Shown here: one piece after another, positions 1 through 13,922 of the stretch
Position numbering within the stretch: the stretch's first letter is position 1
Layout of the letters: each line of letters starts with the position of its first letter
NCBI GenBank assembly: GCA_035084275.1
Contig: CM068747.1
Span: forward strand, 19,158,001-19,222,000
Origin: Hydrolagus colliei
Taxonomy: Eukaryota
Direction of reading: 5' to 3'
Length of the DNA stretch: 64,000 nt
Position numbers and translations under genes: made by a program
The notes under the pieces: model-generated
The model's database searches: none
Told to the model about the DNA's origin: nothing
The model's input: only the letters and a program-made list of their open reading frames with translations

Positions 1-654
1 GATGGTGGTGGAGAGGAGTGGATTATTTAAATTAGAAATGATGTCAAATTCAGAATTATATGTTGACTTTCATGGAAGATGCTAAAATTGGCTTGTCATG
101 AAATGTTTTCGTCAAAACATAAAGCTTTGTAAAGCATTGCACAGGCGTGTAGGTGTATTCCAAAACCTCAGAGATGTGTTTCCTCATCCTGGATACAAAT
201 CATCCTGGATACTATGGCTAAATTCCAAACTTGAAATACTGTATGTTCATTTGCTTTTATATTAATCCTTGTCTTTAAAGTATACAAAAAGTTCAAATTA
301 CTTGCTGAAGCCATTTTTCTCCTCTAGATGCTGGTTTCATTTTCTGTTTTTATTCCTCTATTTATTCCTCTGTGTTGCATACTGTGTTGGACACAGTCAC
401 CAAAGCCTTTACTGAAATTTCATATCTAAAAACAACTATTTCATAATGCATAAGGCTATCAAGAATGTTAAGTATATATATAATACATATATACCTGTTA
501 ACCTTCTTATGTGCAATGAGATGATATATTAAATATTCCTTTTTGTGTTGTTAAATATTTGGCAAAATATTATCAAGCATTTTAGAATAATAATTATTAT
601 TGTATTATTCTGTGATATCTGTTGTGTCTGCTAGCTTCTCACCACTCACAAATG

Positions 655-1070
655 GTGTCATTTGTTCAGCCTGGCTCACTCTCGCCTGAGTCAGAAACTT
701 ATGAGTTCAAACTGCAGGTCAGGACTTGGAATCACATAGTTTAAGCTAACACAATGCAGGGCTGGGAGGAGTGGGTTGTAGTGTTGGAGGTGCCCCATAG
801 GATGAGACATTAACACAGTTCTGAGGTTGTGTCTAGCACTTTCAGGTGGACATTAAAGATCCCATGGCATATTCAAAAAGATAAGGGAGTTTTTTCTAGT
901 GTCATCAAGTCATTGAGATGTTCCACAACAGTTGTGGAGTGACCAATTTTATCTGGGGGATTTGCTGGCCATTAGTGTCTGGCCAGCAAATCCCCCCAGA
1001 TAAAATTGGTCACTCCACAAATGTTTGTGGAACATCTCAACGACGTGATGAGACCCTATATTAAATTCAA
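655..1070 (+). mobile_element. Old tRNA-derived Deu-domain SINE (shark SacSINE-like), carrying an inverted duplication
   Basis: Degenerate tRNA head (ctcgcctgagtcagaa...gagttcaa), Deu-like core caggtggacattaaagatcccatggca, L2-like tail. Confidence 0.6.
902..1051. repeat. About 70-bp inverted repeat with 8-nt loop
   Basis: 902-971 is the reverse complement of 980-1051 with about 5 differences. Confidence 0.95.
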
Positions 1071-2279
1071 CATCCTTGGAGTCATGTACAGTTCTACGTC
1101 TTTGTACCAAAGACTCCTCTCTTTGAATTAATAGACAGACTATTAAGGTTGGGTGTGGGGTGGGGAAATGGTGGGATGCAGTCCAGTGAAAATTTCCAAC
1201 AAAGTGTAATTACAATCCTGGTCTAAGCATTTACTAGCTTTTTAGTCGCAGGCTTTTTTCAGTGCCTACAAATACTGGTAAATGCCAGGGTCGTAATTGT
1301 CTGAGTCCCGTGATCAAAAGATTGGGAAAAAGCTGTCTTCTGCTGGCAGGATTCAAACTGAGCCAAAGTCACTATCTTTGGCCACTGAAGGCAGCGAGGA
1401 TGGTGAGGCAGTGACACGAGCTAGGAGAGTGAATCAGTGGGAATCTAAACATAGGTGCACAGATTTTTTTTTTTATTTGGTTTTGGGACCAGTCTGGCAA
1501 AGTAGCAATTCCGAATAGCCAGTAAGGCAGATGTAACACAAATGATAAAACTGAATCATGCATTTTCAGTGTAAAATCAGTGCAACATGTGAAGAGAATA
1601 CCATGCAGCGTTTAAGCAATTATTATTGCAATCATTAAATTGACCTGTATAACGTTATTCTGAGTTGTCATTTGGGATTTTTAGGGCAGTGTGACTCATG
1701 GAATATAAATCATACCCTTCAACTCGTCAGCCACCACACCATACTGTATGTCACGGCCTGCTCAGCAGGCTGTTGATTTACTTGCACTATGCTATTACCA
1801 TTTCTATGTGAAATGTTCTGCAGATGTACTAGTCTGGTTATCTCCACGGTTGCTTTTCACAGATTGAGTGAAATTTGGTATTAAGAGGATTGCTCTCCCC
1901 CATCAACACTGCGACCATTTACTTACCTTTTTTTTCTACATATGGTCCTGTAGCACCCTATCCTATCTATGTTTCCAACACAGACTTAAATCTCCAGGAT
2001 TTCAAAGAATTTTTAATTATTGTTCAAGTGGAAATACAGTGGAAGCCTTTTAAGCCAGACACACCAGGTCCATTTTGTCCGTCTGAAGCATCATCCGAGG
2101 GTAACCAAAGTTCTTTTCACTGAATAGTGGATGCAGTGCCAACCTCCCATTGTCATTCCCATTGGCCAGGAAGGGGACCAATTAGTGGCAGCTCCGATAT
2201 GATTGACAACCTGCTGCTGCTATTGTATAGATAGGCACCCCACCCATTCATAAACTGCTCAGCTGACAATTGTGATTTA

Positions 2280-2378
2280 TAATAATAATTATAATCCTTG
2301 CATTTGATGTAGCGTTTTTCATATCTTATCGACGTCTCAAAGCGCTTCACAGAATATACTGTAAAGTGAATTGACTGT
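2280..2378 (-). mobile_element. 3' end of the abundant tRNA-headed SINE
   Basis: Reverse complement of cagtcaattcactttacagtatattctgtgaagcgctttgagacgtc...atcaaatgcaaggatta(tta)n. Confidence 0.9.
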
Positions 2379-3788
2379 GCGGGGGCTGGAAGAGAAGCCA
2401 TGTGGAGACGAAGTGAAGGTGGTGGGAGAGATAGGACCGGAACCATTCGAGGACAGAGCCTTGCAGGTTGAGGAGGGAGGAGAGGTGGTGGTGGAGGATA
2501 GCGTGGTTCACAGTATCGAAGGCAGCGGATAGGTCGAGGAGGACGAGGAGGCAGAGTGAACCCTGATCACAGATGGTCAGAATGTCGTTTGTGACCTTGA
2601 CCAGGGCAGTTTCCGTGCTATGGGAGGCACGGAAACCGGATTGGAGGGGTTTGAGGAGTGTGCGTTTTGTGAGGAAAGAGCGGAGCTGGGAGGCAACCAC
2701 TCTTTCAAGGACCTTGAAAGGAAGGGGAGGTTGGAGATGAGCCGGTAGCTTGATAGCTGCGATGCATCAAGGGAAGGCTTTTTTGGGATGGGGGTGATGG
2801 TGGCGGTTTTGAAGGGAGTGGGAACGGTCCTGGATGAGAGGGACAGGTTGATAGTGTCAGTGATTAGAGGGGCTAAAAGGTAGAGCTGGGTGGTGAGGAG
2901 AGGGGTGGGGATGGGATCAAGGGAGCAGATGGTGAGCTTCATTGAGGAGATGGTCTCAATGATGGGGAGATGGGGTTGAAGGTGTGGAGGGGGGTATGTG
3001 TAGGAGACGGGGTGTGGGGAGGATGTGGGGAGGGGGTGGAAGCTGGGGGGACAGTGACCGCAGAGCGGATTCCCTCGATTTTGGTCAGAAGGAACTCCAG
3101 CATCTCCTCGCAGCGGGAGTTCGAGGAGAGGATCTGCGAGGCAAGGCAGGGTGGCCGGAGGAGCTGGCTAGTGTTGGAGAAGAGAAGCCGGGGGTTGTCC
3201 TTCGCCTCCAGGATTATCTTGGAGTAGAAGGACAATTTGGAGGAGGATAGGGCGGAGCGGTAGGACGATGTGAGGTCCAGCTAGATATGCCAGTGGACCA
3301 TGAGGCCGGATTTGAGCAGGTGTGTTCAGCGGCCCGCACTTGGCCCTTGAGGGAACAAAGGTGAGTGGTGAACCAGGGTGAGGTTCAGGAGTAGTAAGCA
3401 GTTCGGGAAGTGAGGGGTGAAGAGTGTTGAATGTGGTGGAGAGGGTGTTGTTGAGCAGGGTGAGTCCGGGGGATGGGATAGTGCAGGAGGTGGGCCAGAG
3501 GGAGAGGAGTTCGGAGGACTCCAAGGCAGCGGAGAGAGTTTATGGGGGGATCTTCTTCCATGGGTGGTAGAAGATGGTGGTAGGTTTGGGGGTAGAGGGG
3601 AGAGAGTTAGAGGAGTTGAAAGAAATAAAGTGGTGGTCAGAGATGGCCTTACCAGAGATGGTGACATCCGAGACGCTGTGGCCCCGGGTGATCACCAGGT
3701 CAAGCGGGTGGCTGTGAACGTGGGTGACGGAGTGGATGTGGAGGGAGAGGTTGAGAGAGTAGAGGAGAGAGGTGATGGGGAGTGTTAG
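2379..3788 (-). mobile_element. L2-clade LINE ORF2 internal fragment (end of endonuclease to start of RT), frameshifted
   Basis: Peptides QSGFRASHSTETALVKVTNDIL, LVLLDLSAAFDTVNH, CSLDPIPT and FKTATITPIPKKPSLD; no own 3' tail. Confidence 0.92.
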
Positions 3789-3822
3789 GAGAGTGCTCTA
3801 ACCACTGAGCTACAGGAGCTCC
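3789..3822 (-). mobile_element. 5' tRNA-derived head of the same SINE
   Basis: Reverse complement is ggagctcctgtagctcagtggttagagcactc (pol III A box). Confidence 0.85.
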
Positions 3823-5675
3823 ACAATTTCACTCCTCCTACCCCCCCTCCCCCTTAATTCTTCCCTGTTCCTAGTGCTTCCATGTTCTCACTGATTGAAA
3901 ACCTTGAACTGCTCCTTTATTGCTCGAGTCCTCTATCTATCAATCACAATTTGGCTCCCCCCAGCTCTATCCTGGAGCCATTTGAGACACAGAATGGGTA
4001 GATGTAGCATTGACCAGGGCAGCATTTTGTCCGGATTAACCAGCATATTTAATATAGCTGAGAATACAAATGAACTGGGGACAGGTTTTGCCCGTGTTAC
4101 TCAGTGTCCAGCTTAAATGACTAAGTGATGCAATTGTGGCTTCAGAGTTATGTGTTCACTAAATTCTGCTTGACTGATTGCCACTTACTGTCAACTGATA
4201 CACAATAGAAATGTATTCCTTCACATTCCCCTGCTGGGACATCTAGGAAACATATACAAATACACCACTGAACCACCAGCGACATGACGCAGACTGTGAT
4301 CACTTTAAAAGTTTGTTCCATTAATTTAAATGCTATACTTTTTTTAACTTTGTGGTAATTCAAACCACAAGTTATAAATAAATAATCCCTGCATTTGAGG
4401 ATGTCTCAAAGTGATTCACAGGATTTAGGGTTAGGGTTAGGCATTGAATTGAATGGGTATTTCCGAGGCAATTTTTGCATAGCAAATGTCTCACTTTACT
4501 GTCAACAGGAAATCAAAGCAAGAAAACAAAGTGAAGTACTGTATTTAAAAGGTGATGTGCATCACCATTGTCACAAAGATGCCCAGACACATTCAAAACC
4601 ACAGGCCAAATTAATCCTGCTTTTCAGTAAATTTTTTCAAATTGCACCATTTTCATCTTGCGTTCAGATTTCAGTAGTGAGGGCACTTTTGCAAATCTAA
4701 ACTTAAGCATCTTTTTTAGCCAGCTGATATAGTCCTCTGCAATTAATGAAATTTAATAACCTATTGTCAGGCCAAACTGGCAACTGGAAATATAAATTTG
4801 ATTCGAGAATGGTCCTTACTGCACCAGACCCATTGGAGGACTGTTATTTTTGTACTGATTCATAGTTTTCAAAATGTGCAATATTCCCAGCAGATTTACT
4901 GAGCAGAAAAGCTATCCTTAGAATGAAAAGTTGTCGAAGCATAGAAAGTTCTCTTTACAGTCCTGGGTAGCTGTTTTAAATCAACATTTTCATTTCCACA
5001 GCAATTTTGACAGTTTGATCTCCCTGAGATTACTTGGGAATTCATAGAGAACTACAGTATACACAATAGGATGCAAATGACCAACCTATGATTTCTATCT
5101 GCATGCTACCAAGGTGTGGAGAATGTCATATCTCTGGGTGCTACCCCAAGACCTAAAGAGTTCTGTTAAATGAGAAGCATGCCTCAAATTTATTGTAATT
5201 TAACAATATAATTGAGCATCTGAATTGATTTGATCTACAGATTTGAAGAATGCAAAATCCTGATTATTAGAATATCAAATTGTCCTTGACACACCTTATC
5301 TGTGCACTTGTCCACAACCACGGTCATTACAACTTACAGAAAAAACTTTGTCAGGTCCTTTGAGACATTTTGACATGATCCTTTTGATGTAATGAGGCAC
5401 TATATCAAATGCAAATATTATTATTTACCAAGAAGTCTAGCAAGAAGTCACAAACATACTCATCCAAACACTCGCGACCAAGTATTGACAATGTATAGTT
5501 TCCAAAACCGCCAACAGATATCATGGATTAGGTTTTTATAACATTCTACATCTCATCCAAACACACTTCCATTGCAGCTTGATAAAAGAGATAAAACTGC
5601 AGCGCCCCACTTTTCAGTTCTGTTCACTACGAATAGAAGCCAAACAGACAGCAGAGCCCAAAGATGAATACAGTA

Positions 5676-6478
5676 CAGTAGAAGCCCATTTATCCATGAC
5701 CCGATCAACCGTAACTTCCGTATAACCGGCACCGCAAAAAACAGGTCCGCATTCGATGAACCGTAATTTATTCAGAAAAATTCACTTTTTTGGTGTTTTG
5801 TGTTGTATCAGTATTTTGGAATGCTGCAACGAGGTGCCTGATGGTGGCACTAGCTCAGAATGCTGCTGGTACTGTAAATCAATGCACTCTCTGGAGTGTT
5901 CTCTTTGAGAGAGGCAGAGGGTGAGTTGATTAATTTAGATTTAATTTAGCCACAAAACATCAAAACACACACACACCCTGAGCAAAGCTTGCAGATCAAT
6001 TCATTGGCTTTTATTTTAACAAAAAAGACTCATCCCCGCAATGCTCGTTTTACAGAGTGCAGTGTTTCAACTTAGTGCGCACACACACACACACACACAG
6101 GCATCGCGAGGCTTTTTGGAAAGAAAGTTAACTGAACTGAGCGGCCGCCGCTAACTCTCTGCTTTCTCAATAACACGAGCTTTCCTCTCTTCTGCCCACA
6201 ATGAGAACAGTGTCATTCAGACGTGTAACTTTTGCACTAGTTTAAAGATCTCTCTGAACTGCCTGGTCGCTGTGTGTAAAATGATTATAATTATTATTTA
6301 TATATTATATTATATAAATGATTATGTAGTCTATTATTAATATGCTATGTTTTAAAAAATGTAATTTAAAAAAATTGCAATAATTTCTTTTGTGTTGGAT
6401 TTTCTGCCGAATATCCGGCAGGTGCTTTAACCGGCACTGGCCAGGTCCCGAGGGTGCCGGATAAACAGGCTTCTACTG
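5676..6478. mobile_element. Non-autonomous Tc1/mariner (Tigger/pogo-like) MITE, long form
   Basis: TIRs CAGTAGAAGCCCATTTATCC / GGATAAACAGGCTTCTACTG, TA on both sides, CpG-rich interior with (CA)n. Confidence 0.9.
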
Positions 6479-6942
6479 TATTAGGAATCAGATAGCCAGT
6501 GATGGGGACACATATAAAGCACAATAATCATTCTAAGTACAGTAATGGGCCAGATGCAAGGGCCTCATTTGGGATGTACTCCTGATGTGAAAGGCACAAT
6601 ACAAATTTACATTTGTATTTGTGAATACACATTGCTCTGTTTTAAAGGAGGCTCTCCAAGTAAGAATTTGCGAATTGGCTCAAATCTGGCTCAATTAATT
6701 GTGAAAAATACATCGGCTCAAACATTTCTGCAAATAATTTGGGGTTATATAATGTTTGTCTAAAATGACTGGATCTGAGATCACATTTTGTTTTTGCCAA
6801 TCTACTTTCTCATCAAATCTGAAATAACTATCTCTTTTTACATTCAATACGTTTATTTTCCTATCAGCAAAGGATTGCAGCAATGCAATGCTCTTGTGCC
6901 TTTACAAGAAAAACACTGCACTCAGCAATTTGAGTTCAGCTA

Positions 6943-7676
6943 TAATAATATAATAATAATAATCCTTGCATTTGACATATTGCTTTTCACATCTTATCAA
7001 CGTCCCAAAGAGCTTCACAGCTAAAGTGAATTGACTGTATATTTGTGGACGAAAATTAATTATCTTGCCTATTTTCCATGCAGGTTTTCACTTTATGACA
7101 AGTTTAGATCTCCAAATGGGACTAGGGTGGTCTAGATTGACAAGATTCTGACCCCCAATCTTTTCCTCTGCGTTAATCTTGATTTCTTCACTCAGAGGGT
7201 AATGAATTTATGGAATTCACTACCCCAGAAGGCTGTAGATGCTCAGTCCTTGAACATTTTCAAGGCTGAGATTGATAGATTTTTGAAAAATAGAGGGATC
7301 AGGGGATATGGGGATAGGGCAGGTAATCAAAGTTAGGTGAGAAGATCAGCCATGATCTTATTGAATGGCGGAGCAGGCTCGAAGGGCCGAATGGCCAATC
7401 CTGCTCCTAATTCTTATGTTCTTATATTTCAGCGGGAGAAACGCGGCAGCCAATCGTAAACAGCTTTGTCCCTCAAACGGTCACGGATTAAGTGACCAAA
7501 TTAGATTTTTTTGATGTTGTGATTTTGAAGAGATTATTACCCCTGGAAAAGCGATCTGCCAATCGACTAACAACTCCATTCCTACATAGGCAAACAAAGG
7601 CATGTGAAGTAAGGAAATGTTCTCTCTGGCTGGGAATTGAACTCAGGTCCACTCGCTTGCACGTCAAGTGCTCTAG
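6943..7676 (-). mobile_element. tRNA-headed SINE interrupted (about 7055-7436) by sequence that includes a CR1 3' end
   Basis: SINE tail at 6943-7054; body resumes at gaaacgcggcagccaat (about 7437) and runs into the head. Confidence 0.75.
7180..7425 (+). mobile_element. CR1 LINE 3' end
   Basis: ttcttcactcagagggt...ggagcaggctcgaagggccgaatggcc..ctgctcctaattcttatgttcttat, a CR1 3' UTR and terminal repeat. Confidence 0.85.
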
Positions 7677-7999
7677 GATTGTTCCTCCCAATGTGAAAGG
7701 CATTGTATAGTGTCATTTTGTTGTTGTTGTTCTTGTTGTAATGGATTGCTGTTAAAGGGGGCGACAGCTTTACTCAATTTATAAAGCAGGATTCTGCAAA
7801 CTTGAACTCCTATCCCATGATCCATGGACCAGTGTGTGGCCGCGTTCCATGCTGACTTCAAACCTAACCATAGTCTCAGAGTTGGAGGGGGTGAGGTGTA
7901 CACCCATCTTCAGTTCTTGATTGGTCTTGTTGACAATATTCATCAAATAATGAATATATCACTTTTTAATGGATGAACTTTCTCAGTTCCATAGACTAT

Positions 8000-8280
8000 A
8001 TAACAACAAAGAAACAACAAAATGATATTTGTAGTGCGCCTTTCACATTGGGAGGACATCCCAAGGTGCTGAACAGTCATATGTCAGGACACGAGCATGG
8101 GGGAGGGCGGTCACAGAGCCTGGTGCAGGAGAGGACACGAGAGTTTTGGATGATCTGCAGCTTGTGGAGGGAGGAGTTGGGGAGGCCAACAAGGAGGGAG
8201 TTGCTGTAGTGAAACCTTGAGGTGACAAACGCATGTGTAGGGGTTTCAGCAGCCTGAGGGGTGAGGCAGTGGTGGAGACC
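8000..8280 (-). mobile_element. L2 3' end with internal deletions
   Basis: (CAA)n tail, then gcgcctttcacattgggaggacatcccaagg, then RT C-terminal pieces. Confidence 0.8.
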
Positions 8281-8399
8281 TTATATAAAAAGGTGTTACA
8301 GCAAAGAATCTCTAAAGATGCTTTATTTACGGAAAAAAAATGCAGGCCAGTCACAAGTTAATTCTGTGGCAAGCTAAACCAATCTTGATTTTATTTCCC

Positions 8400-8960
8400 C
8401 GAGGATAACGGGCAACATCCTGAAAACTTCTCAGTCATGAGTCAGTCAACCTCCAAGTCCAGGTTAGTGAGTCAGACATTCACCAGCTGTGTTCTCAGTA
8501 CTACTCTTTCGATACTTCACATATCACCAGATCCTCATTGCAGTCAGACATCCAGCAGTTTTATCTGGTTTCAAACAGCAATTGTCTTAACTCCAGTCTA
8601 TCAGTCCCATAGATACCATGACAAACATTACCTAGCTTCTCTTAAATCATTATCCATGCTTGCAGTCAAGTCGCATTCCATCTCCCTCCACCTCTCACTT
8701 ATGTTTCTCTCCGTCTGCTTTAAATCCCGAAGTCTCTCGGATAGATAGACCATAACAATATACCTATGAACGCTAACCATATTCTTAATCTAATCTTTCA
8801 TTAAAGTGAATCCATATGGTCTTTTTGGTGCTCTATTTAATGTTTCCTATCTGCAAACTAGCTCCAGCCTGCTAAAGTCACTTCTGACTGCCACCTAACC
8901 AAGGACATTGGCCTCTCAATTTATTCATGCTTTCCTCCACGCCTCCTACCACTTTCAGGT
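8400..8960 (+). mobile_element. Decayed Penelope-like RT fragment
   Basis: Weak similarity to the Penelope 'ISGDRL.TDIYYKPT' region near 8730-8780; heavily mutated. Confidence 0.35.
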
Positions 8961-10379
8961 AGAAGTGACGCCAGTGGCATTCTCCTGTCACACAAAGAAA
9001 TTTCTACATTTCAGCGGGTTTCACTTTTAGAATTCAAAAAGATTAAAATTAGATTCTGAAGAAATATTGTGGAAGGTTCAGAAGTGAATTTAAAACAGAA
9101 TTGTGTTTTTTGACCACATTGACTCATCTGAAAATGACTGTGTTTGGATCTGTCTTAGATCTGCAATGCCTAGAGGCATCAGACCTTTATCACAACAGAG
9201 CAAACAAGCCATAAATGGAACCACAAACAATACAGTCTTTAGGAAATAAACTGCAGCACAACATTTGAAACACAACTTTGGTATAATGATTATATGTTAG
9301 ACTTGACAAGAATTGTCAAAGTAGCATGTAGCTATAAAATAGCATCTCTGGTATCCCTTTTCATTCTTCAGAGCACTACAGCAATTTTATTGGCATTGAG
9401 CTCCAGCAGAAAAAACTAGTATCCAGGATTGCTCTTATAAAAGTATTTTAAGTTTATTTTCATTATGTGTTTGATGTTACAACATCCAGAGTACACTCCA
9501 CACTTAATGAGTTGATGCTGCTAATTCACTGTCTAAGAAACTGAAGTCTTTGGCCTTGTTTTACTGTGACGATACTATCCCTGAAGCCATAGGGGAGTCC
9601 AAAGCTGTCCAGAGTCACAGCCTGATGGATTGCAGAATGTATCTGCTGCCAAATAGCTAATGAAAAAATTATACAGCGGAGGCCTGGATGTCATGAATTA
9701 TTCAGTGCCAGCTATTCACAAGGGAGCCTCAAGCTTATGCTTCTGTGGTTTGGAAAAAAGGGAAGGAATACATTCGGGCAGATTTGACTAAAAAGAGAAA
9801 GGAGGTGAGGGGCAGGTGCATGCAATTTATTGTCTCTGTATATAACACAATCATTGGTCAAAAAAAATATTACACGACATTTGTTATTAGTTTGGAGTAG
9901 GCAAACTAGTGTCAGCTCTCGTTAAACTAGTTATTTGCCACTTGTAAATTCTAGTTTATTTTGTTGGATGAACTTTGTGGTTCATATTCTCTGCAGTTGT
10001 AGAAGTGAATTTAAAAAATATACAGTTAAAACCATTTATGACAGAATTTAATTTTCACAATTGTTGCCTGTATTACAGACCTGAGCCTTGGGGATAGGAC
10101 TGTCTCAGATAAGCAACTGAAACATAGAACATTCTGCTCGTATCACACCACTAAAAAATGACTAATTTCCTAAACTACTACTGAAAGAGCAAACTCTTTG
10201 TGCTCGGGTACAGCCTCAGATAATGCCTGAGCTGCAATGTTTGGCGCAGCATAAGGGAACCTATAAAATACAATTTCAGTGTTCTCATACCTTGTTTAGC
10301 AACCAATTGTTAAACCTCAGTACTTTACAGTCAATATAAATAAAATCAATGGACTATACATTATCGATACAGGCTATAC

Positions 10380-10800
10380 TGTAAAATGTAAACGACTATA
10401 TATTTTGTAGGCGAACGTGCCAGCCAATTTGTGATCAGCAGTGTCCCACAAACAACCGTCAAGTGAAAAGACCAGTTTTATTTGGGGCCAGGACATTGGG
10501 GAAAAATTCCCTTCTCTTTTCGAAAATTACCATGGGATCTTTTTACATTCATCTGAACAGACAAATGGGACCTCCATTTAAAGTAATAATAATAATCCTT
10601 GCATTTGATATAGCACTTAATCACGTCTTTGAGATGTCTCAAAGTACTTCACAGAATATACTGTAAAGTGAATTGACTATCTTGTGCGAGCGAACCTCAG
10701 TGACCAATTGCGCAAAGCAGTGGATTGAGTAACCAAATTATTATTTATTTATGTTATTTGGGTTATCTTGCTTTTAGAGGAGAGTGCACTGGCCATTGAG
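10380..10800 (-). mobile_element. Old Deu-type SINE fragment plus a truncated young SINE
   Basis: ccatgggatctttt..attcatctgaac (Deu core); young SINE tail from about 10583. Confidence 0.65.
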
Positions 10801-10871
10801 GTTTTCAAAGGATAAGAAAATAGTTCATTTTTCAACAAACAATATTCACACTCTCTGTATTAACTTTATAG

Positions 10872-11201
10872 GTAATAGTAATAATAATAATCCTTGCATT
10901 TGATATAGCACTTTTCACATCTTATTGACAACTCAAAGTGCTTCACAGAACATACTGTAAAGTGAATTGACTCTATATTTGTGGGCAAAACGCGGCAGCC
11001 AATTGTGCACAGCAGAGTCCCACAAACAGTCATGGTTTGAAATGACCAATTTTATTGCAGTATTGTGTTTTTTTTAAGGATTATTAATAAGCATGTGGAG
11101 TAAGGAAACTTGCTCACGGTTTCGCCCTGATTTGCCTGGATTTAAACACAGGTCTCATGCTTGTAAGGCGACTGCTCTAACCACTGAGCTACAAGAGCTC
11201 C
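10872..11201 (-). mobile_element. Full-length tRNA-headed SINE
   Basis: Head, poly-A linker, tgtttgtgggacactgctgtgcgcaattggctgcc core and (TAT)n tail all present. Confidence 0.92.
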
Positions 11202-12939
11202 ACTGTGGCAAATACCATGTGAGGCGCTCTGAGACGCTGTCTGGCTTGGATGGCGCTTTGTAAATTGAAGTTGTTGTTGATGTTGTATTTGTCATGGTAA
11301 GAATAAACTTAACATGTTGCATGGAAATTGCAATCTATATGTCAAAAACTGCAAAATTGAATGTCGAGATATCTAAATCCAACTCAATAAATAAATATGT
11401 TGGAAAATGTATACGATTACAATGATGAAGCAGATGAGATCAGTAGTAGTGGAATTATTTGAAAACAACTTGCCTTTCATGCAGGGTAATATCTGAGCTT
11501 TGTATAGTGGCGGGATTGGACACCAAGCCAGAGAGAAGGAGAGGTGGTGTATTAGTGCTGGTTGTGAAAATCTAGTGTATTAGGGCCAGAATAATAATTC
11601 ATATGGATGTAATTAGATCTGATTTTTGCATAAACACTGGTTTACCATATCAAACTTGTAAAATAGCTGCTGATCTGCATCAGTGAGGATGTGATATTTT
11701 GCAATCCTCAATAATCCTGAATCGTAGCAAGAACAGTCTTGCGTGGAAACCGACCAATCTCAAAAAGATATGAAAGTAAAAGCTTTAACCTTCAAAGTGA
11801 CTTGAGAATGATTGGAATTAAAGAGACTTTAGAAGCCTGCATTTGTTGTTGATACGACAACCAATAATTGTGATGCACATCATTTTCCTTTTCCTAACCA
11901 GACAACCTCAAATCCATCATGGGCAATTCATTTCTGTTTGTGCATGCACCAGTTTGTGCTGTAGTCCGCACCAGAAGGTAATAAATAGCTTCTGGATATG
12001 AACTAAGGCGTCTTAAGGGTCATTTAACCTAGGTGGAGTGCAAGACAATGATTTTTTCCCCTGCAAGCACAAGATAGGTGATGCAGTCAGTAACTGTCAG
12101 CAAAATGCCCTCTCCTCTGGAAAGCTGGGTTTGAATAAACCTTAGGAAAGGAAATGAAGAATTCTCCTCATTGATGGGATGCCATCTGGTATGAAAAGCA
12201 CTATACAAATGCAACTTGTTGTTGTTGATTAGTGTTGTGCACCCATTGCGTCTGATCATTCTTAATCAGGTGATTTTGTATTGCACTATATTATATAGAA
12301 TTGTATTAATTATTTTCAGATGATCATTCCATTCTTTAATTGTGTCATTAATTTTAACTGCTGTTTGTCTGGTGACATAGAGGATGGTGGTACCATTTCT
12401 ATTTCAGATGCATGGAATCTTTCTTCTGATTAATTTATGTTCTTCTCCAAATCCAAATTTTCCCCTCAATTTCCAAATAAATTGCCTGATCATTTTTTTA
12501 AATTGGATGTTGTTTGTGCAGGTTAGCCACTGCATTTGCATATATAACAACATTCACTTATTTCATATTGTCTATATCTCAAAAAGCACTTCAAGACCTT
12601 TTTTTATGTGAAGGGCACTATAGTTATTATCATGCATTGAAATGTACCTTGGCTTAAAGACCGCAGTCCATTTCAGAATCATGCAATGAATATAAAATTA
12701 TGGAGGGGTTATATTTTAGTAACATAGTCATCTACATCATTAAAATAAAAATTGATCGGCTGCGAATTTGAAAATTTTATTTTTTTAAAGTAGTTTCCTG
12801 ACGTAGCTAATGCAGTGTATCAGTGTCTTCAAATCAGACAACTCAAATCAACAATATTTTGTAGACTTTTCGAGCCAGGGTTTTTTAATAAGGCATTATA
12901 ATTATAATTTATTATTATTTCAAGATCCTCTCACTCGTT

Positions 12940-13270
12940 TTCAAAATCCCTTCATGCCTTCATACCTCCATACCTATCCAATTTGCTTGCCCCCTTACTG
13001 CACCACCCGCTGCCTCCACTCGGCTGCCTCCAACCTCCTGTTTGATAGTACCAGCCACTACACCATGAAACTTGAGAACTATCCCTCAATCCCTCTGCCT
13101 TGCCCACCTCCCTCCCCACTTTCAGGTCCCACCTAAAGACCTTACTTTTTATCGAGTTCATGGTCAACTCCTCTCTCCCTCTCCCGCTGGGTCATTGTCA
13201 GACTCTGCCACTGTAAAGCAGTCTGGGACGCTGCCCAGCATGAAGGGCACTATATAAATGCACGTTGTAG
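12940..13270 (+). mobile_element. L2 3' end
   Basis: C-rich RT end and tail gggacgctgcccagcatgaagggcactatataaatgca. Confidence 0.75.
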
Positions 13271-13922
13271 TTTAGTGAGATGCAGAAGCATGAAACAAAG
13301 TGACTCTTTACTTAAATTAGATTCTGTGAGTCTCAATTATTCCTTAAATGCACTTTTAACTTTTTTTAGTGCACAAAATCATACCATCACTTTCCTTGTC
13401 AAATGCACCATATTTTATTAATTGCTGGGTATCTCTTGTATGCCTGATTATGACCCATAATCATGTACCTTACGTTTTTAAGCTGTATGCTCTAATGAAT
13501 TATTTATAAGAAATTGTTCGATTAGGATGTCATGAGTTTATTTTAGATTAGCTAATGGACTAGAATGTTATTTGGAAAGAGTATTTTTATGCTTCTTGGA
13601 GTAAAAGGGAAGTAAAAGTAGTACAGTATTAGGAAATAACAAAATTGTCTTTATCTACCGGTATTTGCAATACAGATATTCCACTTACAAGAAATGTAAC
13701 CTTTTTGGGCAGTATATCACTAATGTATTCTGCATTTACAAAATTAAGTTTTCAAGATAGAAACTAGTAACATTTTATATGTACAATATTTAATCTATTG
13801 GAACACTATCAACGTTTGACAAATTCATTTGCTCTTGCCATGTTGCATCCCTTGATTTGCCACTCAAATGTAATATTGTTGTTGTTGATTTGATCTCCTA
13901 GATACACTAACCTTTCCTATTA

